DNA of 64,000 nt from Acidobacteriota bacterium (lineage in GTDB: Bacteria; Acidobacteriota; Polarisedimenticolia; J045): the NCBI GenBank assembly GCA_024763475.1, contig JANTFM010000001.1, positions 7,879 through 71,878 on the forward strand, written 5' to 3'. Under the pieces are notes generated by a model, which did no database searches, was not told the origin of the DNA, and saw only the letters and a list, made by a program, of their open reading frames with translations. Position 1 is the first letter of the stretch. Each line of letters begins with the position of its first letter. Made by a program: the position numbers and the translations under genes. Of the stretch, positions 1 to 8,259 are shown in pieces.

Positions 1-417
1 GGCCTGCAACCGCACAATCTCGTCGGGCAAGTCCTGGGGGAGACAGGTCTCCTGGGAGTTCTCTCGTTCGGCATAATGGTTTTCGCGACCTTCCTCGCTC
101 TCGTCAGGATTCGTCGCCGGGGCAAAGACAACGAGGACCCGGCCCTCCTGGCGATGGGCCAGGGCGGGCTCCTCGTCCTCTTCTTCCTGTTCATCGCGGG
201 GACCTTCGGGCACAACCTCTACCGCTACAACTGGATCTGGTTGACAGCTCTGACCGCCGCGGCATGGAACGCTGCGGACCTTGTGTATCCGCCGAAGCAG
301 CGGGGAGTCCTCAAGGTGAACACGATCAAGCTGGGCGGCGACAGAGGAGTTCCCCAGTGCCCCCCGTCAGAACTCAGCGGCGGCGAGGGTTGTCGAGAGC
401 TCCCGTCCAGAACTTGA
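1..417 (+). CDS. O-antigen ligase / Wzy_C family membrane protein, C-terminal part (5' end outside window; 3' end reads into the tandem repeat)
   Basis: Frame 1 is open from base 1. The translation GLQPHNLVGQVLGETGLLGVLSFGIMVFATFLAL matches the conserved HN-YLQvlaE-Gi-Gl loop and helix of Wzy_C. A hydrophobic segment follows. The exact stop is uncertain because the last ~55 nt lie inside the 40-bp repeat array. Confidence 0.45.
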   Translation, partial: GLQPHNLVGQVLGETGLLGVLSFGIMVFATFLALVRIRRRGKDNEDPALLAMGQGGLLVLFFLFIAGTFGHNLYRYNWIWLTALTAAAWNAADLVYPPKQRGVLKVNTIKLGGDRGVPQCPPSELSGGEGCRELPSRT

Positions 418-600
418 AGGCGGCGAGAGTCATCCAGAGCTCCCGTCCAGAACTTGAAGGCGGCGAGAGTCATCCAGAGCTCCCGTCCAGGACTTGACGG
501 CGGCGAGAGTCATCCAGAACTCCCGTCCGGAACATTGCGGCGGTGAGAGTCATCCAGGGCTTTCGGTCAGAACTCAGCGGGTGATGAGGGTCGTCCAGTG
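362..600. repeat. Tandem direct repeat, 40-bp unit x ~6 (consensus CCGTCCAGAACTTGAAGGCGGCGAGAGTCATCCAGAGCTC). Copies 2 and 3 are identical and the outer copies are degenerate. The array lies in a convergent intergenic region.
   Basis: Read directly from the sequence: units begin at ~364, 403, 443, 483, 523 and 563. Confidence 0.85.
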
Positions 601-1125
601 ACCCGCGCCATCTTCCTGGCTGTGGATCCGGAAGTCTGAGCTCTTCAGTTCATCGATCAGCGGGATCGGCTGGAACTCGCTCTCGAGACGAACGGCCTGG
701 CCCGGAGCCGCATCGTTCAGCAGGCCCCTGACCTTCGCCAAGGGGTGCTGACCCTCCGCGAGCAGCGCCTCGACGGCAAGGGTCTCGAGGATCTCTGCCG
801 TGGTGACCCACGCCGGGGTTTCATCGGCGCGTTTCCTCCCGTTCGCTTCTTTGCCCTCACCCTCGCCGAGGCCCTCAGGTTCGTTGTCATGGCCCTCGAG
901 CAGGTCCTGCCCCACGTCCTTCCGGAGGCGCATGACGAGGTCCTTGGTCTCGATCCCTGCAATCCCGGCGGCCTTCTCGAGAGTGGCGAGCTTCGCGACC
1001 GTCTTGCGGAGCATCGGGACGCGCAGCTTCTCGAAGATCGGTGCGATCTCGATCAGGGTTTCTTCCAGCTGCGGATAGGCATCGAGCAGTTCGCCGACGC
1101 GGGTGAGCGGGGTGATTGGCAGCAT
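574..1125 (-). CDS. DUF1858 domain protein (DUF438-associated) with an acidic C-terminal extension
   Basis: The internal ATG at 1125 is preceded by GGAGGAAGG and lies 2 nt after the upstream gene's stop. The N-terminus MLPITPLTRVGELLDAYPQLEETLIEIAPIFEKLRVPMLRKTVAKLATLEKAAGIAG is typical of DUF1858. The longer ORF beginning at 1632 overlaps the upstream gene and is rejected. Confidence 0.6.
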   Translation of the reverse strand: MLPITPLTRVGELLDAYPQLEETLIEIAPIFEKLRVPMLRKTVAKLATLEKAAGIAGIETKDLVMRLRKDVGQDLLEGHDNEPEGLGEGEGKEANGRKRADETPAWVTTAEILETLAVEALLAEGQHPLAKVRGLLNDAAPGQAVRLESEFQPIPLIDELKSSDFRIHSQEDGAGHWTTLITR

Positions 1126-1127
1126 GC

Positions 1128-2378
1128 CTAGCCTTCCTCCCCTGTGTCGACCCAAGCCAGCAGGCGCCGCTCGCCCTCGAGCGCGCGCAGCCGGGTCAAG
1201 TCCTGGGTCACTTCGAGGCAGCCGAGATAGTCCTTCTGCGGATTGCGTACCGCGAAGTAGCGAATGTGCACGAAGCGAGGACCCATCTGGATCCAGAACT
1301 CCGCCACGTCTTCCTTCTGGCTCCTGAAGTCGGCGAGGATGCGCTCGACGATGTGCACGCTGTGCGGGGGATGGCAGTTGTGCACTTTCCGCCCGATGAT
1401 CGAGTTGGTGCGCGGGAAGACCCGGTCCGGACCTTCCGAAAAGAAGCCCACGCGATCGTCGGCGTCGACGAAGGTCATATCGAAGGGCAGGATGCCGAGG
1501 ATGCTCTTCAGCTGCTCTGGAGTGACCTGTCCCGTGCCCAGCGCCACGGCCGCTGCAGCCGCCGACTCTGCGCTCGGGTCCGGCGTGGCGGGCTCGGCTG
1601 GCGAGTAGCCAAGATTCGGCTTCACCAGGCAATAGCCGTAGCGCTTACCCTCCCGGTAGATAGCCCCCCACTCGTCAGGCTCGAGCAGATCGAGGGCCGC
1701 CGGGAGGAGAATCTTCTCCTCCTTGAAGATCATCTCCAGCATCGCCGCGAGGAGGGGGGTGGCGACGTGCTCTCCGACGAGCTGCCATTCCCCGAGCCCC
1801 GCGCTCTCCTCCGCGAGGGCCTGTCGCAGCGCTCGGAGCATCTCGCGGACGTCATCGTCCTTGGCCCACATCACCTGGGACGGCCCGGCCACGCCGTGCT
1901 GCTCGAGGTGGGGGAAGACGAGGTTCTCCTTGCGGGCGTAGTGCTTCTCGATCTCCAGCAGCTTCTCGGTGCTCTGCCGCCAGCGATCGATCAGGCTCTC
2001 GAGTCCGTCCGTCGATTCCCGTCCGCTGAGCTCATCGAGGAGCTCCTGCATCTCGTCGATCGCGTGAGTGATCGCGGTGTTCTCCCGTCGGAAGGTGTCC
2101 ACCGGGTGTCCCAGAGGGATCGGCGGATCGACGGGTGCGCTGAGCACCTCCCTCACGACCTCGGAGTGCAGGTCGCACATGGCCTTGATCTCGGAGGGAT
2201 CCATGCCCTCCTCAATCAGCTGATGTTCCATGGCGACGATCTCGTCACTTGTCGTCTCGCTCACCAGCGCGCTGAGGCGCGCCTTGACAAATTCCGGGGT
2301 TTCTCCCGTGTGGAGGCCGGTGATGACCTGCTTGAGCTGTTCGATGCGTTTCTGACGGTTGTTGATCAGTTCGGACAT
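1128..2378 (-). CDS. DUF438 family protein (hemerythrin-like cation-binding + PAS-like sensor domains)
   Basis: 416-aa ORF. The N-terminal region (EIVAMEHQLIEEGMDPSEIKAMCDLH), the hemerythrin-like H/E-rich core and the C-terminal PAS-like region match DUF438 architecture. It sits immediately upstream of a DUF1858 gene, a known pairing. Confidence 0.65.
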   Translation of the reverse strand: MSELINNRQKRIEQLKQVITGLHTGETPEFVKARLSALVSETTSDEIVAMEHQLIEEGMDPSEIKAMCDLHSEVVREVLSAPVDPPIPLGHPVDTFRRENTAITHAIDEMQELLDELSGRESTDGLESLIDRWRQSTEKLLEIEKHYARKENLVFPHLEQHGVAGPSQVMWAKDDDVREMLRALRQALAEESAGLGEWQLVGEHVATPLLAAMLEMIFKEEKILLPAALDLLEPDEWGAIYREGKRYGYCLVKPNLGYSPAEPATPDPSAESAAAAAVALGTGQVTPEQLKSILGILPFDMTFVDADDRVGFFSEGPDRVFPRTNSIIGRKVHNCHPPHSVHIVERILADFRSQKEDVAEFWIQMGPRFVHIRYFAVRNPQKDYLGCLEVTQDLTRLRALEGERRLLAWVDTGEEG

Positions 2379-2538
2379 ATTGGCTCTCCATCGTGGGAGG
2401 GATTCGAGTGCGGATGGTCGTGAGCTTCATGCGATGTTGTCGCGCTTTGTCGGGAAGATGCACCCGATCACTATCCGTACCGGCCAAATATTGTGGATTG
2501 CCATGCGTGCCGGGAGCGCGCGCGGTACCTTCCGCAGC

Positions 2539-4758
2539 ATGACGCCTTACAGAAAAACGGCCTGCCGCGCCGCTATTGTGCTCTTCCTGCTATCAACCTG
2601 GGTGGTTTCGACCCAGGCCCAGATCCGCGTGCTCTTCGATGCCTCACACCGCGAGAATGCCGCGAACGCGGACTGGGTGATCGATGCGGACTCCTGGGAT
2701 CTCAACCAGGAGCACTATCCTTGCGGCCAGTGGGCGAACGAGGCCCACGCACAGCGTCACCCGACGCCGAGCCAGTACCTGGTGGAGCCCGACGACGCCG
2801 AGACGATCTGGACGGGCGCCTTCTCGGCCTTCGGTATCGACCTGGTCAAGCTGGGATACGAGCTCGAGTCCCTGCCGGTCGAGGGCCGCGTGAGCTACGA
2901 AGATCCCACGAACGAACAGGATCTCTCGCTCTACGACATCCTCGTTCTCCCGGAGCCCAACCTACCGTTTAGCGGGGAGGAGATCCTGGCGATCCGGGAC
3001 TTCGTCCAGGACGGGGGCGGGCTCTTCTTTATCGCCGACCACCAGAGCTCCGACCGGGACTGCGACGGCCATGATTCGCCGCACATCGGAAACGATCTGA
3101 TGGGGGTCGTCATCAGCGGCGGCGTGATCACCGACGCCGGGCTTTTTGGAATCGTTTTCAACGTCGAGGAGATCGCCGGGCTCGGGGATGCTGACTACTG
3201 GTTCACGGATGGCGTGGACGACAACGTGTCGCCGGACCTCGACGATCCGATCATCCACGGGCCCCACGGGGATGGAAGCGGGGGACTCGGCCTCTTCGGC
3301 TCGACGGCAATGACCCTCGACAGCGGTGCTAACGCCACCGTACACGCGCACATTTGGAAGAGCGATGCACCCGAGCAGGGCGATCAGAGAGTGACCTTTG
3401 CCACGGCATGGTACGGACTCGGACGCATCGCCTGCATCGGGGACTCGTCTCCCGCCGACGACGGTACCGGCGACACCGGCGACAGCCTCTACGACGGTTG
3501 GGACAAGGCCTCCGGCGGCGTCGCCAACCGTGAGATCCACCTGAACGCGATCGCGTTTCTCGCCGACGCGCCCGCGGACGAGACGCCCCCCGCCAAGGTC
3601 CAGGACCTCCTCGCAACACCCCTGAGTGGAAGCAGCGTCCGGCTGGAGTGGACGGCGCCGGGTGACGACGGCAACAGCGGCCGCTCCCAGAGCTACGACA
3701 TCCGCCGCTCATCCTGGCCGATCCTCACGGACGCCGAGTTCGAGGTGGCCACAGCCCTCGACGGCGAGCCGTCTCCCTCGGTTGCCGGTACCCCAGAGAG
3801 CTGGACGGTCACCGGTCTCGACCCGGAGACGAGCTACTGGTTCGCCCTCGTGGCCCTCGATGATTTCTCGAACGTTTCGGAACTCTCGAACTCCAGCGCA
3901 GCCACCACCGGAGACGCGGGAAGCGGCGGAGCTCCCGGGGCGGATCACCTCGTGATCAGCGAGGTGCAGACGCGGGGCGTCTCCGACCACAACGACGAGT
4001 TCATCGAGCTGTTCAACCCCACGGACCATGCGGTGGATCTCTCCACCTGGAGCGTGCAATACAAGAGTTCGAGCGGCACGACCTACTTGAAGTTCGATCT
4101 TCCTGTGGCGGCATCGATCGCAGCCTACGGCTACTACTTGGTCGCGCGCCCCGAGTACACCGGCAGCGTGACGCCCGATGCCGAGCAGAGCGTCTTCTTG
4201 ATGGGGGCCTCCGGCGGCCACGTCTTCCTCGTGGATGAGCAGCAGGGCCTCGGCAGCTGTACCGACTCGTCGATCATCGACAAGGTCGCTTGGGGATCGG
4301 GCAACTGCCCGGAGGGCCGTACGGCCATCGCGCATGGAGCAGGGGAGTCCATCGAGCGCGCCCCGGGTGCCACGGATCCGGAGTGTGGCAACGGAGAGGA
4401 CAGCGATGATAACGAGGCGGACTTCGACGTGCGGCAGCCGGCCGACCCGCAGAACAGCAGCCAGAGCGAGGGACCCTGCGGGCCAGGCGGACTTGGCCCC
4501 GTGGGCGACTCGCTCGTTCTCGGGAGCTCCGGAGAGGACTCCCTCGACTGGGCCTCCTCTGTCGGCGCGGCGACCTACAAGCTTCGCCGCTCACCACAGG
4601 CCGACTTCATGCAAACCCACCCCGTCCCCGACGACACCTGGCTCCTCGAGCAGCTCCCGGGCACGCACACCGTAGATCTCGCCCAGCCAGATCCCGACGG
4701 CGCGTTCTACTACTTCGTCAACGCGGTGGGCACCGAAGGCGCCGAGTCTGCGAACTAG
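2539..4758 (+). CDS. Secreted multidomain protein: N-terminal domain of unknown function, fibronectin type III domain, lamin-tail domain (LTD)
   Basis: Start is placed at MTPYRKTACRAAIVLFLLSTWVVSTQAQ (signal peptide); the 5' extension back to 2359 is rejected. The FN3-like segment is SSVRLEWTAPGDDGNSGRSQSYDIRRS...TSYWFALVALDD. The LTD-like segment is LVISEVQTRGVSDHNDEFIELFNPTDHAVDLSTWSV...YYLVARPEY. Confidence 0.65.
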   Translation: MTPYRKTACRAAIVLFLLSTWVVSTQAQIRVLFDASHRENAANADWVIDADSWDLNQEHYPCGQWANEAHAQRHPTPSQYLVEPDDAETIWTGAFSAFGIDLVKLGYELESLPVEGRVSYEDPTNEQDLSLYDILVLPEPNLPFSGEEILAIRDFVQDGGGLFFIADHQSSDRDCDGHDSPHIGNDLMGVVISGGVITDAGLFGIVFNVEEIAGLGDADYWFTDGVDDNVSPDLDDPIIHGPHGDGSGGLGLFGSTAMTLDSGANATVHAHIWKSDAPEQGDQRVTFATAWYGLGRIACIGDSSPADDGTGDTGDSLYDGWDKASGGVANREIHLNAIAFLADAPADETPPAKVQDLLATPLSGSSVRLEWTAPGDDGNSGRSQSYDIRRSSWPILTDAEFEVATALDGEPSPSVAGTPESWTVTGLDPETSYWFALVALDDFSNVSELSNSSAATTGDAGSGGAPGADHLVISEVQTRGVSDHNDEFIELFNPTDHAVDLSTWSVQYKSSSGTTYLKFDLPVAASIAAYGYYLVARPEYTGSVTPDAEQSVFLMGASGGHVFLVDEQQGLGSCTDSSIIDKVAWGSGNCPEGRTAIAHGAGESIERAPGATDPECGNGEDSDDNEADFDVRQPADPQNSSQSEGPCGPGGLGPVGDSLVLGSSGEDSLDWASSVGAATYKLRRSPQADFMQTHPVPDDTWLLEQLPGTHTVDLAQPDPDGAFYYFVNAVGTEGAESAN

Positions 4759-4813
4759 CCGGATCAGCCCGGGATCCCCTGGAATTCATTGACCCACGGC
4801 CCAGTTGTTTTGG

Positions 4814-5009
4814 GAATATGCTCGAATTATCGGTGGCGCGAGACGGGTTCTCCGTTCGCGAGCTTCGTGTGTCCATGGGCTCCGGGACCATCACCCAGGT
4901 TGATTAACGTTCCCGAGAATATGCTCGAATTATCGGTGGCGCGAGACTGGTTTCTCCGTTCGCGAGCTTCGTGTGTTCATGGGCTCCGGGACCATCACCC
5001 AGGTTGATT
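4814..5009. repeat. Two direct copies (~93 bp each; 4814-4905 and 4917-5009; ~97% identical with one 1-nt indel) of an intergenic element
   Basis: Read directly: GAATATGCTCGAATTATCGGTGGCGCGAGAC(G/T)GG(T)TTCTCCGTTCGCGAGCTTCGTGTGT(C/T)CATGGGCTCCGGGACCATCACCCAGGTTGATT. Located between the LTD gene and the XRE regulator. Confidence 0.85.
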
Positions 5010-5095
5010 GACCTTCCCGGCGCACCCATGTGGGCAAAGTGGCAAATAACCACTCCACAGGCTCCCCGACGCATAATTTTTGCGCTACACTGACG

Positions 5096-5113
5096 TGTCC
5101 ATATCTGTGGACA
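5096..5113. promoter_or_regulatory. Inverted repeat TGTCCA-N6-TGGACA in the promoter region of the HTH_XRE regulator (candidate operator)
   Basis: Sequence gtgTGTCCAtatctgTGGACAtatg lies ~30 nt upstream of the GTG start at 5140 in a locally AT-richer stretch. Confidence 0.25.
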
Positions 5114-5139
5114 TATGATGCGAACCCTGTGAGCTACCT

Positions 5140-6336
5140 GTGGACCGATCTCCTACCAGCCAATCCTTGAGCGAGTGCCCCCGTGATCGGGCGGGCTCTT
5201 ATCTGCGGGGTCTTCGCAACGACCGCGGGCTTAGTGTGCGCAGGCTGGCAGGATCTTCGAGGGACACGTCGTCCGGATTCGAGAAGAGTTATGTAGCCAA
5301 GCTCGAGGCGGGGAACATTCCTGTCCAGGTGCAGAAGTTCCTTACCTACATGCGCTTGGTGGGCGCCAGTGTCGATTACCTCAGCGAGTGCCTTGAAACG
5401 GCTGTCCCTGTCTCGCCTCAGGTCGTGGAACTCGGAGTAGACGAGCTTCTCTCTCATGTGAAGGAATGTGTCAGGACAGGGGATCACGAGCAGGCGATGA
5501 GGTGGGTTTTCTCGGCTCTTGAGCGCTTCGAGCCGGATGATGTTTCTTCGGAGAAGGTGACCCTCCTCAGGGCCGGCGGAATCGTGGCCAAGCACATGAG
5601 TCTCTGGGAACTCGCGAAACGATTTGCGGAGGATTCCCTTAACGTACCGGGGATCACGCGTCTCGAGCGCGCGAAGACACTCCTTCTCTTGGCCGAGGTC
5701 TACTCGGCGATGGGCCAGCCGGAAAGCGCGAAGATTCATCTCCAGCAGATTGGAGAGGCAGAACTCCGAGCCAACCAGAAGCTCCGCCGAGGCTTTCATC
5801 ATAATTATGGCCTCGTCCTGCTGGACTCGGCGCGACCGGAAGACAGGCAGGAGGCGGAGCTTTCGCTGCGCCTGGCTCTGGAGGAGTACGAGAAGAGTCA
5901 GGAGAACTTGCCCGATCACGTCTGTGTGCTGGTGGTGCTGAGCCGGGCCAGTCTCGAAGCGGGTCAGCTCGACCAGGCTAAGAGCTACATCGAAGACGCT
6001 CTTGAGCGTGCAGATGCTGCAAATGATGAACGAGGCTGGCAGCGTGTGCTGATTGCGCAGGGACGGGTTTGTGCGGCGCGCTTGCGGATGGACGAGGCCT
6101 ACGCTCATCTGAGCGAGGCAGTGAAGCGCTCGCGTCGGGCGAACAACACGACCAACTGCTTCGAGGCGCAGCTCGAATTGCTTGCGGTCTGTATCTCGCT
6201 CGGACGCCAGAGCGAGGCGGAGCGCCTGCGTGCAACGCTTCGTCGGCAACAGCATCGCGTTCGACTGGATGCGGCATCCATGCAGAAGTCCCGTCGTCTC
6301 TTGGGCGATGGCGGCGCAACAGGAGGGAGCGTATGA
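5140..6336 (+). CDS. Transcriptional regulator: N-terminal HTH_XRE (Cro/C1-type) + C-terminal TPR-like domain (RRNPP-like architecture)
   Basis: GTG start. The HTH is YLRGLRNDRGLSVRRLAGSS...SGFEKSYVAKLEAGNIPVQVQKFLTYMRLVGASVDYL. The remaining ~300 aa are alpha-helical TPR-like repeats (AELRANQKLRRGFHHNYGLVLL, LEAGQLDQAKSYIEDALERA, etc.). Confidence 0.65.
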   Translation: MDRSPTSQSLSECPRDRAGSYLRGLRNDRGLSVRRLAGSSRDTSSGFEKSYVAKLEAGNIPVQVQKFLTYMRLVGASVDYLSECLETAVPVSPQVVELGVDELLSHVKECVRTGDHEQAMRWVFSALERFEPDDVSSEKVTLLRAGGIVAKHMSLWELAKRFAEDSLNVPGITRLERAKTLLLLAEVYSAMGQPESAKIHLQQIGEAELRANQKLRRGFHHNYGLVLLDSARPEDRQEAELSLRLALEEYEKSQENLPDHVCVLVVLSRASLEAGQLDQAKSYIEDALERADAANDERGWQRVLIAQGRVCAARLRMDEAYAHLSEAVKRSRRANNTTNCFEAQLELLAVCISLGRQSEAERLRATLRRQQHRVRLDAASMQKSRRLLGDGGATGGSV

Positions 6337-7091
6337 GGGGCACTCCTCTGCTGTCGCGCGTTTCCCTTCTCCTCCTGCTCGTCAGCCTGTTTTCTTTGCT
6401 GTCCCCGGTGCAGGCTGACACTCAGGCGGCCATCGCGACGAATCCCGAAACCGGGAGGGTCGAGAAGGTCTGGCCCGAGTGGGACGGCAACGACTACGAG
6501 ATTCACTGGGCCGAACACATCAACGGTGAGTGGGCCCATGAGGCGGTTCTCACCGACAACGACGTCGACGACGTCGCTCCGCACCTTAGTCACAACGCGG
6601 GCGGTGCGACGGCCGTCGTCTGGAAGCAGGGCGGTACGGTATCGCGCATCTACTACCGCGCGAGAAAGCAGGTCTCAGGGACGTGGACGTGGCAGAGTGC
6701 CGCGACCCCGATCAGCGGCACAACCTACAACGCGTCCGCGCCCTGGATCTGCTTCGATTCCTCAGGCGATCCTTTCGTCGCCTATCGCGAGACAGGATCT
6801 GGCAGCAGCACACGGGTGATGAGTGGCGGTGGGGATGGGACGGACCCCTGGGATCCGGGATTTGCGCCGGTCTTGGTCTCAACGACGAGCTACACCGACA
6901 ATCTCCACCTCTCGGTACGTGCAGAGACTACTCATGTCTGGGTCGATTGGGTCGATTCGAGTACGCAACTCGCCTACTCGGAATGGGACACAACCAACGG
7001 CTCTTGGGGAACTCTCGCGTCCGAGAACTACTCCGGTGCGTCCGACATTCAGCCAGGAAAGGAACGCATCAGGAGCGCTATCACAGAGTGA
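6333..7091 (+). CDS. Secreted protein of unknown function (signal peptide; W/Y/T-rich, probably beta-rich), translationally coupled to the regulator
   Basis: The ATG at 6333 overlaps the regulator's TGA (ATGA), with AGGAGGGAG 6 nt upstream. The N-terminus MRGTPLLSRVSLLLLLVSLFSLLSPVQA is a signal peptide. The long 5' extension (from 6069) is antisense-free but overlaps the regulator and is rejected. Confidence 0.5.
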   Translation: MRGTPLLSRVSLLLLLVSLFSLLSPVQADTQAAIATNPETGRVEKVWPEWDGNDYEIHWAEHINGEWAHEAVLTDNDVDDVAPHLSHNAGGATAVVWKQGGTVSRIYYRARKQVSGTWTWQSAATPISGTTYNASAPWICFDSSGDPFVAYRETGSGSSTRVMSGGGDGTDPWDPGFAPVLVSTTSYTDNLHLSVRAETTHVWVDWVDSSTQLAYSEWDTTNGSWGTLASENYSGASDIQPGKERIRSAITE

Positions 7092-7298
7092 AGACGCTGC
7101 GGGCGCGCCCAAAGGGGGGGCGCAGTGGCTCGGAGAAACGGACCGTGGCCCCGAGTCACGTCTTCGGTTGCGGTCCATTCATTCGACGTCCGGGCTCCCC
7201 TGGGAGGGATGGTTCCCTCCCGACAGGTCTTGAGAGCCCTTCGGCCGACATCCCTTGACGACGAGGGACATGAGTCTCTCGGCGCGTCTCGAACGCGG

Positions 7299-7950
7299 TC
7301 ACTTCGTCTCGCGCCGTCGAGCCGTCACGAGTGGCGCCGGCAGAGTCGTCGCGAGGCGTCGGATGGGTGGGGGACTGGTCTCACTCTTCCGGGGTAGAGA
7401 CAGCGCTATGACCCCGAAGAGCGGGAGGACTGCGACGCCCGGTTTCTTGGAGAAGAGGATGCCCGCAAGGAAGAGTGCGGATCCTGCCAGAGCGATCCAG
7501 GATCCCGATCGGAGCTGACGAGCGAAGGCGATCAGGCTGGCCAGCAGAAAGGCGGGCATCATCAGATCGGAACGCCCCGAGGCCCAGGTGACGGACTCAA
7601 CACGAACCGGGTGCAAGGCGAAGAGCAGGCCGCTGGCGCCGCCCATGGCAAGTGCGCGGGCCGGGTCGAAGGAAGCGAATCCACTCAGGAGGACGGTGAG
7701 TCCTGCAAAGAAGGCGCTGACGAGGGCGTGCAGCCCCACGCTTGTCCGGAAAGAACGCGGGAGTTCCGACTCCAGCTCGAGGCCACCCGCCTCGAGCGCT
7801 CCGCCGTGGCCGCCCCCCCACGAGCAGGCCGACGAGGATCGCAGCGACGAGCATCACAGGTGGCGAGTGAACAGAGAGCTTCAACGCGGACCTCCGAGGA
7901 CCTTGCACAGGGATTCCAAGCTCGACAATGGACTCCGTGAGTTTCCCTTG
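7299..7950 (-). pseudogene. Fragment of a TMTC/DUF1736-type (PMT-like, GT39-related) membrane glycosyltransferase gene; N-terminal ~150-200 aa only, frameshifted and truncated
   Basis: ORF 7299-7739 encodes ...FALHPVRVESVTWASGRSDLMMPAFLLASL..., matching the HP-H-ESVAW-s-R-D motif of DUF1736/TMTC N-terminal domains. An upstream TM helix (VMLVAAILVGLLVGG) is in a different frame (ORF 7597-7908), with a C7 run at ~7812-7819. The remaining ~400 aa expected downstream are absent. Confidence 0.35.
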
Positions 7951-8259
7951 CCACCAACGCTGCCGCTCCCCCGGACGCTCGGGGCTGGTAGCAGAGGCTC
8001 GTCAAGAATAACGACAAACTAGGGTCTGAGCAGAGTAATAGTTCGCAATAGCCTGGGACTATCCGGAGTGATTCAGATGTGACTCAAGGACTGGCTTCTT
8101 GTCAATGTACACGTATGATCCCGACTTGCCGTTCCGTCTGTAGGGAACAGATTCCACCACAGGGAAGCAATGGAACACACCGGGAGCTGCTGCGGGGGCG
8201 CTTCGGGCGTGAGATGTCCCGTTCTGTCGTGTTGGACGAGAGAGCGGCCCACGAGGGGT

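Noticed and set aside
362-600. Possible CRISPR array
   Set aside because: The 40-bp units are directly contiguous with no unique spacers, and no cas genes are nearby. It is a minisatellite-type tandem repeat.
1116-2423. Long antisense/alternate-frame ORFs across the window (e.g. 1116-2423 +, 3709-4335 -, 11035-12597 -, 13102-14223 -, 15827-17419 -, 21838-23226 -, 31542-32762 -, 34143-35558 -, 39741-40952 -, 43547-44320 +, 57347-58006 +)
   Set aside because: These are typical high-GC stop-codon-poor shadow ORFs. Their translations are Arg/Pro/Ala/Gly-rich low-complexity, and each overlaps a gene with clear domain content on the other strand or frame.
8170-8259. Upstream extension of the giant ORF (MEHTGSCCGG...)
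   Set aside because: The extension has no signal peptide. The internal Met at 8260 starts a canonical signal peptide (MQAMMKIANAVLLSAILLTSVGFATPALA).
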